Part shown: one piece after another, positions 16,734-26,104 of the stretch
Layout: each line of letters begins with the position of its first letter
Position numbering within the stretch: the first letter of the stretch is position 1
The notes under the pieces: model-generated
What the model saw: only the letters and a program-made list of their open reading frames with translations
Told to the model about the DNA's origin: nothing
Databases searched by the model: none
Translations under genes and position numbers: made by a program
Origin: Polyangiaceae bacterium
GTDB taxonomy: Bacteria; Myxococcota_A; Polyangia; Polyangiales; Polyangiaceae
Reading direction: 5' to 3'
Length of the DNA: 38,992 nucleotides
NCBI GenBank assembly: GCA_022447485.1
Contig: JAKVCH010000001.1
Coordinates: forward strand, 1 to 38,992

Positions 16734-18116
16734 ATGGCGGATAGCAAGAAGGAAGCGCAAACTCTCGATCGCCTCGGTGCATTGAGTCTCGACTTTTCCG
16801 AATTAGGGCAAAAAGAAAATGGAAATGACTCAAATGGTCATCTTGTCCCCAGTGCGAGTAGCGATCCTCCTTCAGAACAAGAAGACCACTCGCCGGGCGT
16901 GCACCATCACGAAAAGCCCCCTCGCGATCTCCAAGTTGCCGAGCAACCTCTGATTAAAAAAATCACTTTCCCCCAGAACACCGCAGGACTTCCCTCGGCT
17001 GGTGAGCAAAAACCACAGCACAACCAGCAAAAACGACAACCAAAGGTCCCTGGCGAGGAGCCAGAGATTCGAAAAATTCCCAAAACTCTTTTCTCGGCTG
17101 CACTTGAAGAGCGCAGCGCTCGACGAAAGATTGAGTCCGATACAGGCCCTCTTGAGCAGCCATGCGACTGGCCCGGTACGCAGAACGACCCCTACGATGA
17201 GGGTCACCAAAACCAAGATGAATGCTGGGATCCAATTCATCGCGAAGGAAATGCCTTATGGGACGATGTTCTCCGAGGCTGGAACTCAACGACGAAACGA
17301 GCCCGCTCTCTGGGACAACACACTTTCCGAATGGGCAAAATTCTCGCCCAAGACATGCAAAATTCTCGCCGCCGGAAGGCAGAAGAAATCAACACAGCTG
17401 AGCACTTCATCGACGAGCATAGGAAGGAAGACTCGCAAGGGCTGACCGACGAGATCGATTTGCACTCAGCGGATAAGCACATCCCGCTCCCAGCCGGGAC
17501 AGGGAAAATGAATCGTAAAATCCCCGGCCCTTTACGAACGGCTCTGGGACCAGCTCTGGCCCTGGCCAGTGGCTACCTGGTATTTCTAGGGGGCAATGCC
17601 ACCCTCCAAGCTTTTCATATTGAAGTCGCCGAAGCGAGCCCTCGAATTCCCGATCTCGGTGAAGTTGCCACGACTGAAAAGCCAGAGATTGAGACGCAAA
17701 CAAGCGCACTCTCGACGGAGTCTCAACGATCAGAAACAGAGGTGATCCCGACGACAACAGAGCTTCCTTCAGTGAAGCCAACCAATGCCAAAGACTCTTC
17801 CGCTGAGAGCGAGAAACTCATTCTGCGAAAAAGACAGACTGATCAGGGTGCAAATACGCCACCGCAGATGTTAATTGAGCGGAGTCATCTCCCCGATGGC
17901 CTACATTTCCCGGGAAAAGGCTTGATCGAAATCGTCACCAGCAAGGAAGAGATGATCTATGTAGATGATATCTTCATTGGCAAAGGTCCTCTACGACGCA
18001 TACCGGTGAAACCAGGCTCCCATGAAATACGAATCAGTAACAGCGGCATGGACCGAGAAGGAACAATTGAGATTCAAGCCGCGCAACTTGCCCGCGCCGT
18101 CTTTAAAAGTCGCTAA
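16734..18116 (+). CDS. Hypothetical single-pass membrane protein with a C-terminal PEGA domain
   Basis: Long charged, low-complexity N-terminal half. One TM helix (LRTALGPALALASGYLVFLGG). Ser/Thr/Glu-rich linker. C-terminal GLIEIVTSKEEMIYVDDIFIGKGPLRRIPVKPGSHEIRISN fits the PEGA pattern. Confidence 0.6.
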   Translation: MADSKKEAQTLDRLGALSLDFSELGQKENGNDSNGHLVPSASSDPPSEQEDHSPGVHHHEKPPRDLQVAEQPLIKKITFPQNTAGLPSAGEQKPQHNQQKRQPKVPGEEPEIRKIPKTLFSAALEERSARRKIESDTGPLEQPCDWPGTQNDPYDEGHQNQDECWDPIHREGNALWDDVLRGWNSTTKRARSLGQHTFRMGKILAQDMQNSRRRKAEEINTAEHFIDEHRKEDSQGLTDEIDLHSADKHIPLPAGTGKMNRKIPGPLRTALGPALALASGYLVFLGGNATLQAFHIEVAEASPRIPDLGEVATTEKPEIETQTSALSTESQRSETEVIPTTTELPSVKPTNAKDSSAESEKLILRKRQTDQGANTPPQMLIERSHLPDGLHFPGKGLIEIVTSKEEMIYVDDIFIGKGPLRRIPVKPGSHEIRISNSGMDREGTIEIQAAQLARAVFKSR

Positions 18117-20517
18117 TACCAAAATCATCGCATTCCTGCTGGCCCTACTCTTCGCGGTAAGCTGCAAAAACCCATCTCAAAAAAACACTTCGAAAAGCGC
18201 GAATGCCGCGGGCCAAAATCTCCCCCTTGCTACTCAACCCCTATCGACCACCGAAGAGCGAAGGGGAGATGAAATTCTTCGCCGCCTCTCTTCCTGTCAA
18301 ATTTGGCATGGCGGATTAGTCTTGGACCTGGGCGATCCAGCTTCAGGATACCGCGATAATTTTCAGCTCAAGACGGGCGACGACGAGGAGTTCATTCAGC
18401 GTCAGGGGGTTCAGTTACGCCAATTGAGTAAAATGAGGACGAGCTTTCACTTCTGGCTCCCTCAAGACCTGCCGAAAACACGACTGAGCGCCATGATGCG
18501 CGGCATCGATGATCAGGGTCGGCCTGGCTCTTCCCGCGTTGCATTCTACCTCGATGGCAAGCGCTTGGGAGCGTCAAAACTAGCAAAAAAAGAGCTCCAG
18601 CTGCTGAGGCTCAAAACGAATCAAGAGACTCTACGACGTGGTCGACATGAGCTTATGGTCAGTATTTCACGACCAGAACACGGTCCCCCTGCAGCTCAAA
18701 TTGCTTGGGCGCGCATCGGCAGCGCAGAGGACGCACGGGTCGGCATGCCCCCAGCCTTTAGCGAGCTAAAGCAAGATCTCGCAATAGGAAAAGAGCATGA
18801 GGAAGCTCTGATATTACGTTCCAATACAGTTTTGCGCTGCCCGACCTTCGTCTCGCAAGGCTCGAGGCTTTCCACAAAAATCGGCATCTGGGGACAAGGA
18901 GGAGGTCGCTTTGTCGCAAATGTATTGGATGCTCAGGGGCAACGACACGCCCTCAACGAGACAGAAATTGACGAAGACGAAAAGCCGAAATGGTATCCTC
19001 TTCAATTAGATCTAACCCCCTTTGTCGGTCAGCTCGTACAAATAGAATTACATGCAGAATCCATTGCGGAGGGCGCTCGCTTAGCTCTTGCGAATCCTCG
19101 CTTCAATGATGTTCACCAGCTTCCTCAGCCAAGGAATGAGACTGCAGCTGTTGTTAAAAATGACAAAGACACGCCTGCTCGACGCGCAATTGTGATTCTC
19201 CTCTCAGGTTTAGGGCGGGAGCATTTTCCGCCTGCTGCAGCCGTCAACGGTTTGCCTCTCTTCAATGAATTGAGCCAAGACGCCCTCTCTTTCAGAGGCT
19301 ATCAGACGGATACCACTGCAGTCAGTGGCGTGATCGCATCTCTGTTAACAGGACTACCTGCCTGGCAACATGGCGTAGAAGGCCCCCAAGACACCCTCTC
19401 CACCACCTTTCCCACGATTGCAGAGGACTTAGAGGCGCAAAGCGGCAGAGCCGCTTTTTTTACTTCCGTTCCCCTTAGCTTTCGCTCCGTCGGCTTCAGC
19501 AGAGGTTTTGAAGTCTTCAACGAATACTCACCAGCTGCGGACATCTCAGCGCTCCAGCCAATAATAGACGCACAGCATTGGCTCAGCCAACACCAAAACG
19601 ACCCACGACATCAGCTCGCCCTACTCCATCTTCGAGGAGGGCATCCGCCTTTCGACATCCCAAAGAAGGAGGAAGAAAATCTCCCGCCTGCAGAATACGG
19701 CGGTAATTTAACGGCACGACGAGCCGCAATCCAGCTCAGTGAGATTCGCAATCGTCAAAATCGACGTCGAAGAAAAATGCCGGAGGAAGACTGGATTCGT
19801 GAAGAAGCTCTGCGCAAAGCCGCTCTAATCACGCAAGACAAGGCTCTACGGGAGTTTCTCGATCAGTTGAAAACTCTAGGGCTCTATCGCCAGAGCATGA
19901 TCATTATCATGGGCGATGTCGGCGCCGGCGAGAAACCCCACCTTCCATTTTCCACCCGAGCCCCGCTTAGCGCTGAATATCTGAAAGTCCCGCTTTTTAT
20001 CAAACCAGCAGAGAGCTCCAGCACACCTCAGCCCCATCGCGCTTCTACTCTTCACACTCTTCAGGAAGCACCGTTCCAGCCAATCGATTTGGCCACCACC
20101 CTCCGACAATATTTTGATCTTCCGGCGAGGGACTCTCATCAAGGCTACGGCCTTCTCGCACAAGACTCTTGGCGCTCCGTAATCGCCCGGCCGGCCCTGG
20201 CCTACCGCAATCAAAACTGGCAAGCCCAAATAGGAACCTATCTGTTGACCGGGCAAAACGGGAAAAGCCCAAAATTTTACGACCTCACCCTCGACCCCAC
20301 ATTGCTCTACGATCGCTCCGACGAAAGCCCTCTCACCACCCGGGCACTCTGGGCCATGGCCTGGCAACAATTAGCCCCTGCGCTAGCCAAAGGTAGGCGA
20401 CGTAAAACGACCGAAAAGATTCAACGGAGCAAAACCCCCTTGGAAGACTTTCAACCTTCTGACGGCAGGCTCGACCCCACAACCGCGGCTCAAATCGTTT
20501 GGGGCATTCCTCAATAA
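18022..20517 (+). CDS. Lipoprotein with a C-terminal alkaline-phosphatase-superfamily (phosphodiesterase/sulfatase-like) domain, possibly catalytically degenerate
   Basis: Lipoprotein signal KIIAFLLALLFAVSC. SLLTGLPAWQHG resembles the TG..P..HG motif of type I phosphodiesterase/NPP-like enzymes. The start is ambiguous (ATG 18022 or TTG 18088), and either overlaps the preceding gene. Confidence 0.6.
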   Translation: MKYESVTAAWTEKEQLRFKPRNLPAPSLKVANTKIIAFLLALLFAVSCKNPSQKNTSKSANAAGQNLPLATQPLSTTEERRGDEILRRLSSCQIWHGGLVLDLGDPASGYRDNFQLKTGDDEEFIQRQGVQLRQLSKMRTSFHFWLPQDLPKTRLSAMMRGIDDQGRPGSSRVAFYLDGKRLGASKLAKKELQLLRLKTNQETLRRGRHELMVSISRPEHGPPAAQIAWARIGSAEDARVGMPPAFSELKQDLAIGKEHEEALILRSNTVLRCPTFVSQGSRLSTKIGIWGQGGGRFVANVLDAQGQRHALNETEIDEDEKPKWYPLQLDLTPFVGQLVQIELHAESIAEGARLALANPRFNDVHQLPQPRNETAAVVKNDKDTPARRAIVILLSGLGREHFPPAAAVNGLPLFNELSQDALSFRGYQTDTTAVSGVIASLLTGLPAWQHGVEGPQDTLSTTFPTIAEDLEAQSGRAAFFTSVPLSFRSVGFSRGFEVFNEYSPAADISALQPIIDAQHWLSQHQNDPRHQLALLHLRGGHPPFDIPKKEEENLPPAEYGGNLTARRAAIQLSEIRNRQNRRRRKMPEEDWIREEALRKAALITQDKALREFLDQLKTLGLYRQSMIIIMGDVGAGEKPHLPFSTRAPLSAEYLKVPLFIKPAESSSTPQPHRASTLHTLQEAPFQPIDLATTLRQYFDLPARDSHQGYGLLAQDSWRSVIARPALAYRNQNWQAQIGTYLLTGQNGKSPKFYDLTLDPTLLYDRSDESPLTTRALWAMAWQQLAPALAKGRRRKTTEKIQRSKTPLEDFQPSDGRLDPTTAAQIVWGIPQ

Positions 20518-20535
20518 CAATCGTAGGATACTACT

Positions 20536-21273
20536 TTAGGTGCCGCGTTTGCCCCCATAGAGGGTCAAATGAAGCCGAGACGAAAAGCCCCAACCCTCCC
20601 TGAGAGCCCAGTGCGCTACCCGAGGGGATCGCTCTCCCAACTCTTCAGCCGTTCGTGCTTCAGGCATGATCAGGATATTTTCCTTTGGGGGAACAAGACT
20701 GCCTAAGCGATGACAGAGCTCTTTCACGTCTCGAAGGTCAGCTTCGCCCGCCACGACAAACTTCAGATAGGCCTTTCTACCAGCTAGCAATAACTCCAAC
20801 GCATCAGCACGAAAAGACTTCTTTCTATCTTGCCCGGCAGAGTGAAGCTTTGGTGAGATATTCCACTGATCGATCCGCTCTTGGAGTTCAGGAATTGGAG
20901 CAATCGTACCATTCGTTTCTACTTCGATGTACAGGGGTTGGCGATTGCCCCGCTGGCGTAGCTCATCCACCAACCGAAAGAGCGCCGGCAACCGCTTTTG
21001 CTGCAGGAGCGGTTCGCCGCCAGTCAATATCAAGCGATCCACTTCCACTTCGGCCAACCATCCGGCAATTTCGGCGGCCGAAATACGACTCAATTCTTTT
21101 TCCGGATCAAACTGCTCGAAATCCCAGGTGTAGGGGGTGTCGCACCAAGAGCAGCTTAAATTGCATCGACCCAACCTTAAAATGGCTGCTGGCTGACCGA
21201 CGCTAGGACCTTCTCCTTGAAGAGAGATGAATCGTTCGCTGACGATAAAGTCGAAGATTTCGGGTGGGTTCAC
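20536..21273 (-). CDS. queE: 7-carboxy-7-deazaguanine synthase (radical SAM)
   Basis: ISLQGEGPSVGQPAAILRLGRCNLSCSWCDTPYTW (CxxxCxxC cluster motif in QueE context). LTGGEPLL. GTG start. Confidence 0.88.
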   Translation of the reverse strand: MNPPEIFDFIVSERFISLQGEGPSVGQPAAILRLGRCNLSCSWCDTPYTWDFEQFDPEKELSRISAAEIAGWLAEVEVDRLILTGGEPLLQQKRLPALFRLVDELRQRGNRQPLYIEVETNGTIAPIPELQERIDQWNISPKLHSAGQDRKKSFRADALELLLAGRKAYLKFVVAGEADLRDVKELCHRLGSLVPPKENILIMPEARTAEELGERSPRVAHWALREGWGFSSRLHLTLYGGKRGT

Positions 21274-21418
21274 TGGGCCAGGTAGCTGACACTCACACGG
21301 CGAAAAGTCAAAATTTTACCCCGCAGCAATTCAAAAACTCTTGAGAGAAGCCTAGTCAATGCTGAAAAATACTCTCAAAGTTATTGTGTCACGAGTCAAG
21401 ATTGTCGAGGGTGGCCCT

Positions 21419-22195
21419 ATGGTCACTGATAGCGTTCAAAAAGACATTTCTCCGCAAAACCACCGACCCGTTACTGCCGTATGTGACTTTCATAGAATGT
21501 CTGAAGGCTCAGTTTTCTACCAATCTGGCAATACTCGAGTTCTTTGCACGGCTTCAATAGACAACCAAGTTCCAGACTGGATGCGTGGTAAAGGCTCAGG
21601 CTGGCTGACTGCCGAATATCAAATGCATCCACGTTCCAACCCCAAAAAACGAGAACGTCGAGACGGGCGAGGGCGAGCGATTGGCGGCAGAAGCCAGGAA
21701 ATTCAGCGCCTCATCGGGCGTAGCCTCCGAGCTGCGGTTGACCTAAAAATGTTGGGAGAAAAGACGATTACAATCGATTGCGATGTGCTGGAGGCAGATG
21801 GAGGCACCCGAACTGCCTCGATTACGGGTGGATATATCGCCCTATGTCTCGCTCTCCATCGCCTTCGGCAAACGGGTGCTATCCTCTCCCCCGTCCTCGT
21901 CGACGTCGTGACTGCGATCAGCGTCGGTGAAGTCGACGACCAGCTAGTCCTCGACCTCTGTTACGAGGAAGACAGTCGAGCAAACGTCGACCTCAACCTG
22001 GTCGCTACAGAGAATGGAGCTATTGTGGAGGTCCAGGGCACCGCTGAGGGCCGAGCGATTCCCCGCGAACGTCTTGATGCTCTGATCGACCTTGGCCTGG
22101 AAGGAACCAATTCGCTTGCTTTCAACCTTCGACAAATTTTGAACGAAAAGGGAATCTCTCTTGATTCTCTCCTGGTGAGAAAGAAGAAGCCATGA
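21419..22195 (+). CDS. rph: Ribonuclease PH
   Basis: GSVFYQSGNTRVLCTAS ... GWLTAEYQMHPRS ... GRSQEIQRLIGRSLRAAVD ... DCDVLEADGGTRTASITG. I chose ATG 21419, which has GAGGG about 10 nt upstream, over ATG 21359. Confidence 0.92.
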   Translation: MVTDSVQKDISPQNHRPVTAVCDFHRMSEGSVFYQSGNTRVLCTASIDNQVPDWMRGKGSGWLTAEYQMHPRSNPKKRERRDGRGRAIGGRSQEIQRLIGRSLRAAVDLKMLGEKTITIDCDVLEADGGTRTASITGGYIALCLALHRLRQTGAILSPVLVDVVTAISVGEVDDQLVLDLCYEEDSRANVDLNLVATENGAIVEVQGTAEGRAIPRERLDALIDLGLEGTNSLAFNLRQILNEKGISLDSLLVRKKKP

Positions 22196-22524
22196 CCCGT
22201 CAACTCGCAGATCCTTCGCCCACAGAATACGGGGCTCGAACTGAGCTCCGATTAATTCAATCGAGTATCGCCACTCATTTTGCCGAATACGAAGCCCGCT
22301 GGTTCCTTGAGGAGAGGGAATGCGCTGGCACGCTACAAATTCAAATTCATGAGCAAGAGGGTAAACGTCCGCAAATTCAGGCGGAAGTTGCAACAGAAGA
22401 CGAACTTCCTGGCTGGCTTCTTACCTTCACCAAGTCTCTTGGTAGCAATCTTGGGCGCGCTCAGTCGAAACAGGGTTGGCCGCGGCGATTAGCACGTTGG
22501 CGTAACCCTCAGAAGGCTGAATAA
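22192..22524 (+). CDS. Hypothetical protein (110 aa), start overlapping the rph stop (ATGA)
   Basis: The 4 nt ATGA overlap with rph suggests translational coupling. No recognisable motif, and coding status is not proven. Confidence 0.4.
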   Translation: MTRQLADPSPTEYGARTELRLIQSSIATHFAEYEARWFLEERECAGTLQIQIHEQEGKRPQIQAEVATEDELPGWLLTFTKSLGSNLGRAQSKQGWPRRLARWRNPQKAE

Positions 22525-22606
22525 GAAGACCCCGTCCCACCCTACATCACCCTCCGATTTGGAGAGTTCAGTGAAGGTTGTGTCCGTCGTCGAAAGCTTC
22601 TGCCCT

Positions 22607-25390
22607 TCAGCTCTCCTTCGTGCTGTCGGGGGATACTTCTGTTTTCTTTACAGTCTTTTTCGTCGTCTTCTTAGCTGCGACTTTTTTCTTCGCGGTCTTT
22701 TTCGCTGTCTTCTTGGCTGCGACTTTTTTCTTTACGGTCTTTTTCGTCGTCTTCTTCGTTGTTTTTTTCTTCGTGGCCTTCTTCTTGGCCTTCTTCTTCG
22801 ATGGGCCCGCGTCACGACGGAGCTGCAGCAACTCTTGGGCACGCTCTGGCGTCAATGAGCCTGGGTCGTCTTCTTTACGCAAAGAAGCGTTCGTTTCGCC
22901 ATCTGTTACATAAATACCGAAGCGACCTTCTCTCATGGTGATCAGAGCTTCGCTGACTGGATCAGTACCCAATTCTCGCATTGGCTCCGCGGCTTTTCGT
23001 TGCCCAGCACGACGACGAGGCTGAGCAAAAATAACCTTAGCTTCGTCAACGGTGACTTTGAATATCTGCTCCTCGCTCTCCAGACTACGACTGTCTTTTT
23101 CCTTCGAGATATAGGGACCATAACGCCCAAGCTGGGCAAAAATCTCCTTTCCATCCTCAGGATCAACACCAACCAAACGCGGGAGACTGAGAAGCTGTAG
23201 AGCCTCTTCGAGAGTAATCGTATCGGGTTGCTGACTTTTCAGCAGAGAACTTGTCTTCGGCTTCTCTTTGGAACCTTTTTCTAACTCGCCTAATTGGACA
23301 TAAGATCCAAACCGGCCCACCCGAGAATAAACCGGTAGCTCCGTCTCTGGATCCTTGCCCAACAAAGTATCGCCAGATGGTGCTGATAATAACTCTAGCG
23401 CCTTTTCTATCGTGAGTTCATCAGGAGCGCAGTCATCGGGAATGCTGACATTATCCTCACCCCTTTGGAGGTAAGCGCCGTAGCGACCGACTCGAGCAGC
23501 CACCAGCACGCCATTTTCATCTTCACCAATCGGCAAAGTATTAATGGCTCGGGCATCAATTTGCCCCATTTGTTCCTCAACCAAAGCATGGAGGCCAAGC
23601 TTTTTAGAAGAATCAGCGTCGCTCTCATCCTCGCCAAAGTAGAAGGCCTTCAACCACGGCTCTGCCAGTTGATCGCCTCCAGCGATGGAGTCGAGTTCAT
23701 CTTCCATACGGGCCGTGAACGCATAATCAACCAGGCTGCCGAAATGCTGCTCCAAAAGACCAATCACCGCAAAGGCACGGTACGAAGGAACGAGGGCAGT
23801 GGCTCTCTTCCAGACATAGCCACGGTCCAGAATAGTCCCAATAATGGACGCGTAAGTGGATGGCCGCCCAACTCCTAGCTCCTCCAGCCGGCGTACCAGC
23901 GAGGCCTCCGTGAAGCGCGCCGGTGGCTGCGTCTCATGTCCTTGAGGCTCCACCGAGGTCAAAGGTAAACGCATACCCTCAACCATCTTTGGCAGGTGCT
24001 TTTCTCGATTTTCTAGCTCTGCGCTCGGATCGTCTGAACCCTCCACATAGGCTCTTAAGAAACCGGGGAAAAGTATCGAGTTGCCTCGTACTTGGAAAAC
24101 CACGTCCTCACCAGCTTGGGCGACATGAAGAGCGACGCTCACGCTTTCACCGCGAGCGTCCTGCATCTGCGAAGCGACAGTCCGCTTCCAAATCAGCTCG
24201 TAAACTTTGGCCTCATCTGGTGCCACCGCAGCAGTCACCTCATCGGGATGACGGAAAGCATCTCCGGCGGGACGAATCGCCTCGTGCGCTTCTTGGGCGT
24301 TCTTGACCTTCTTCTTATAAACCCGTGGGCTCTCGGGTAAGTAGTCATCACCGTAGAGGTTCTTAATGCACTCACGCGCAGCATCGAGAGCCGTCTCCGA
24401 CAGGGTCGTGCTGTCGGTACGCATGTAGGTAATATAACCATTCTCGTAGAGGCGTTGCGCTGCACGCATGGTCCTCGACGAAGAAAAACGCAATTTTCGT
24501 CCCGCTTCTTGCTGAAGGGTCGATGTCATAAAGGGCGGAGCGGGGGAGCGCTTATTCGGTTTGCGCTCAACGCTTTTGACCTCGCCCTGAGCTCCCTGAA
24601 GCCTTTTTGCCAACTCCAGCGCCCGCTCTTCAGAGATATGCAGTAAATCTGACTTCTTGAGTTGAGCGCGGTCATCGAAATCCTTACCGCTCGCAATTCT
24701 CGTTCCATCGACAGAATAAAGTTCTGCGTCAAACTCAGGTGGAACGCCTTCAGGTACCTTGAATTGACCCGTGAGGTCCCAATAGGCAGCGCGGACATAA
24801 GCCATGCGAGCCCGTTCGCGCTCAACGATGATTCTTGTCGCAACCGATTGAACCCGGCCGGCCGAAAGCCTGGGCATCACCTTCTTCCACAGAACCGGCG
24901 AAACCTCATAACCATAAAGGCGATCCAGGATGCGACGGGCCTCTTGAGCATCGACGAGTCGCTGATCAACTTCGCGTGGGTTCGCAATTGCCTTCGCAAT
25001 CGCCTGCTCCGTGATCTCATGAAAGACCATACGCTTCACGGGCACTTTGGGCTTCAACACCTGCAAGAGATGCCAAGCAATCGATTCACCTTCGCGATCT
25101 TCATCTGTCGCGAGGAAAATCTCTTCGGCATCGGCAGCGAGCTTCTTCAGGTGCTTAATATGCTCCTTTTTGGCCGAATCGACGATATAGAGAGGTTGAA
25201 AGCCCTTCTCTACGTCAACCCCTAAACGCGCCCAGGGCTTCTTCTTGTACTTGGCGGGTATGTCGGCCGCCGAACGAGGCAAATCGCGGATATGACCTAT
25301 CGACGATTCAACGACGAAGTCAGAATCTAAAAAACCAGAGATTGTTCGAGCCTTTGCTGGAGACTCTACGATGACAAGACAACGACCCAC
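22607..25390 (-). CDS. topA: DNA topoisomerase I with zinc-less C-terminal repeats and a Lys-rich H1-like tail
   Basis: TOPRIM start LVIVESPAKARTI. Active-site region GYITYMRTDS. Four GR(Y/F)GxY(V/L/I) C-terminal repeats without CxxC zinc ribbons. The last ~65 aa are KKKAKKKATKKKTTKKTTKK... GTG start. Confidence 0.95.
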   Translation of the reverse strand: MGRCLVIVESPAKARTISGFLDSDFVVESSIGHIRDLPRSAADIPAKYKKKPWARLGVDVEKGFQPLYIVDSAKKEHIKHLKKLAADAEEIFLATDEDREGESIAWHLLQVLKPKVPVKRMVFHEITEQAIAKAIANPREVDQRLVDAQEARRILDRLYGYEVSPVLWKKVMPRLSAGRVQSVATRIIVERERARMAYVRAAYWDLTGQFKVPEGVPPEFDAELYSVDGTRIASGKDFDDRAQLKKSDLLHISEERALELAKRLQGAQGEVKSVERKPNKRSPAPPFMTSTLQQEAGRKLRFSSSRTMRAAQRLYENGYITYMRTDSTTLSETALDAARECIKNLYGDDYLPESPRVYKKKVKNAQEAHEAIRPAGDAFRHPDEVTAAVAPDEAKVYELIWKRTVASQMQDARGESVSVALHVAQAGEDVVFQVRGNSILFPGFLRAYVEGSDDPSAELENREKHLPKMVEGMRLPLTSVEPQGHETQPPARFTEASLVRRLEELGVGRPSTYASIIGTILDRGYVWKRATALVPSYRAFAVIGLLEQHFGSLVDYAFTARMEDELDSIAGGDQLAEPWLKAFYFGEDESDADSSKKLGLHALVEEQMGQIDARAINTLPIGEDENGVLVAARVGRYGAYLQRGEDNVSIPDDCAPDELTIEKALELLSAPSGDTLLGKDPETELPVYSRVGRFGSYVQLGELEKGSKEKPKTSSLLKSQQPDTITLEEALQLLSLPRLVGVDPEDGKEIFAQLGRYGPYISKEKDSRSLESEEQIFKVTVDEAKVIFAQPRRRAGQRKAAEPMRELGTDPVSEALITMREGRFGIYVTDGETNASLRKEDDPGSLTPERAQELLQLRRDAGPSKKKAKKKATKKKTTKKTTKKTVKKKVAAKKTAKKTAKKKVAAKKTTKKTVKKTEVSPDSTKES

Positions 25391-25856
25391 GAGAGTGGCC
25401 AGATTGTTCGACTAGAGCCGGCTGTCAACCGACAGTGGCAGAGTATTTCTCTCCTTTGGATACAATTGACGCTGTCTGAAAACAAAAATAGTTTCATGAT
25501 AACAAGTATTTAGACTAATTTGCTCACTCTCAAATTGCTCTGATTAATGAAGTGATAAAAATTGCAAATCAACCTCAACTTTTCTCATCGATCAGCAAGT
25601 TCCACCGGAGTGACTGGCCAAGATCAGAAGAAGCACCTCGCGCCTTGCTGGCACCATCACTGCCCTTGACTGAGAGAAAGCGCAGTGGCTTCTGTTCAGG
25701 CTCCTCGATGCAGCTATCGTGGGAATCTGTGCAGTCTCCGGGAGAAAAAGCAGAAAGAGGCGGACCTCACCACGGGAAAACTTGCGCCACACACTGCTGT
25801 CCGTTACGTTCCTCCGCCCCGAGGAAACATCCTCGATCAGAAACGAAAGAAATATC

Positions 25857-26093
25857 ATGGCTCGCGTTACCGTCGAAGATTGCCTGGACCAAGAAGACAA
25901 CCGTTTTGCACTCGTCGTGCTCGCTGCTCGACGCGCTCGTGACTTGATGAAAGGCGAGCCTTCTTTGGTGAATTCAAAGAATAAAGCTGCCGTGATCGCC
26001 CTTCGCGAAATCGCCGAGGGTAAGGTTCACTGGAACCGGAACTCTTCAGAAGCGGTCGCTGAGTACGTTCAAGAACGCGCATCAATGTACTGA
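25857..26093 (+). CDS. rpoZ: DNA-directed RNA polymerase subunit omega
   Basis: [33 protein letters not shown] is the canonical omega N-terminus. 78 aa. ATG at 25857. Confidence 0.9.
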   Translation: MARVTVEDCLDQEDNRFALVVLAARRARDLMKGEPSLVNSKNKAAVIALREIAEGKVHWNRNSSEAVAEYVQERASMY

Positions 26094-26104
26094 TGGATTC
26101 TAAA

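Noticed and set aside
21274-21358. A possible preQ1 riboswitch upstream of queE.
   Set aside because: The leader lacks the compact hairpin plus A-rich tail (..CCC..UAAAAAACUA-like) of preQ1-I. No alternative class motif was recognisable by eye.
22559-22941. Plus-strand ORFs (99, 111 and 60 aa) rich in Phe/Leu/Arg, opposite the topA 3' end.
   Set aside because: This is the same antisense low-complexity artefact, here from the Lys-rich TopA tail.
25440-25600. The AT-rich block upstream of topA as a possible replication origin.
   Set aside because: Only one degenerate DnaA-box-like 9-mer (TTTGGATAC, 7/9 to TGTGGATAA) was seen. There is no box cluster, and no dnaA or dnaN nearby.
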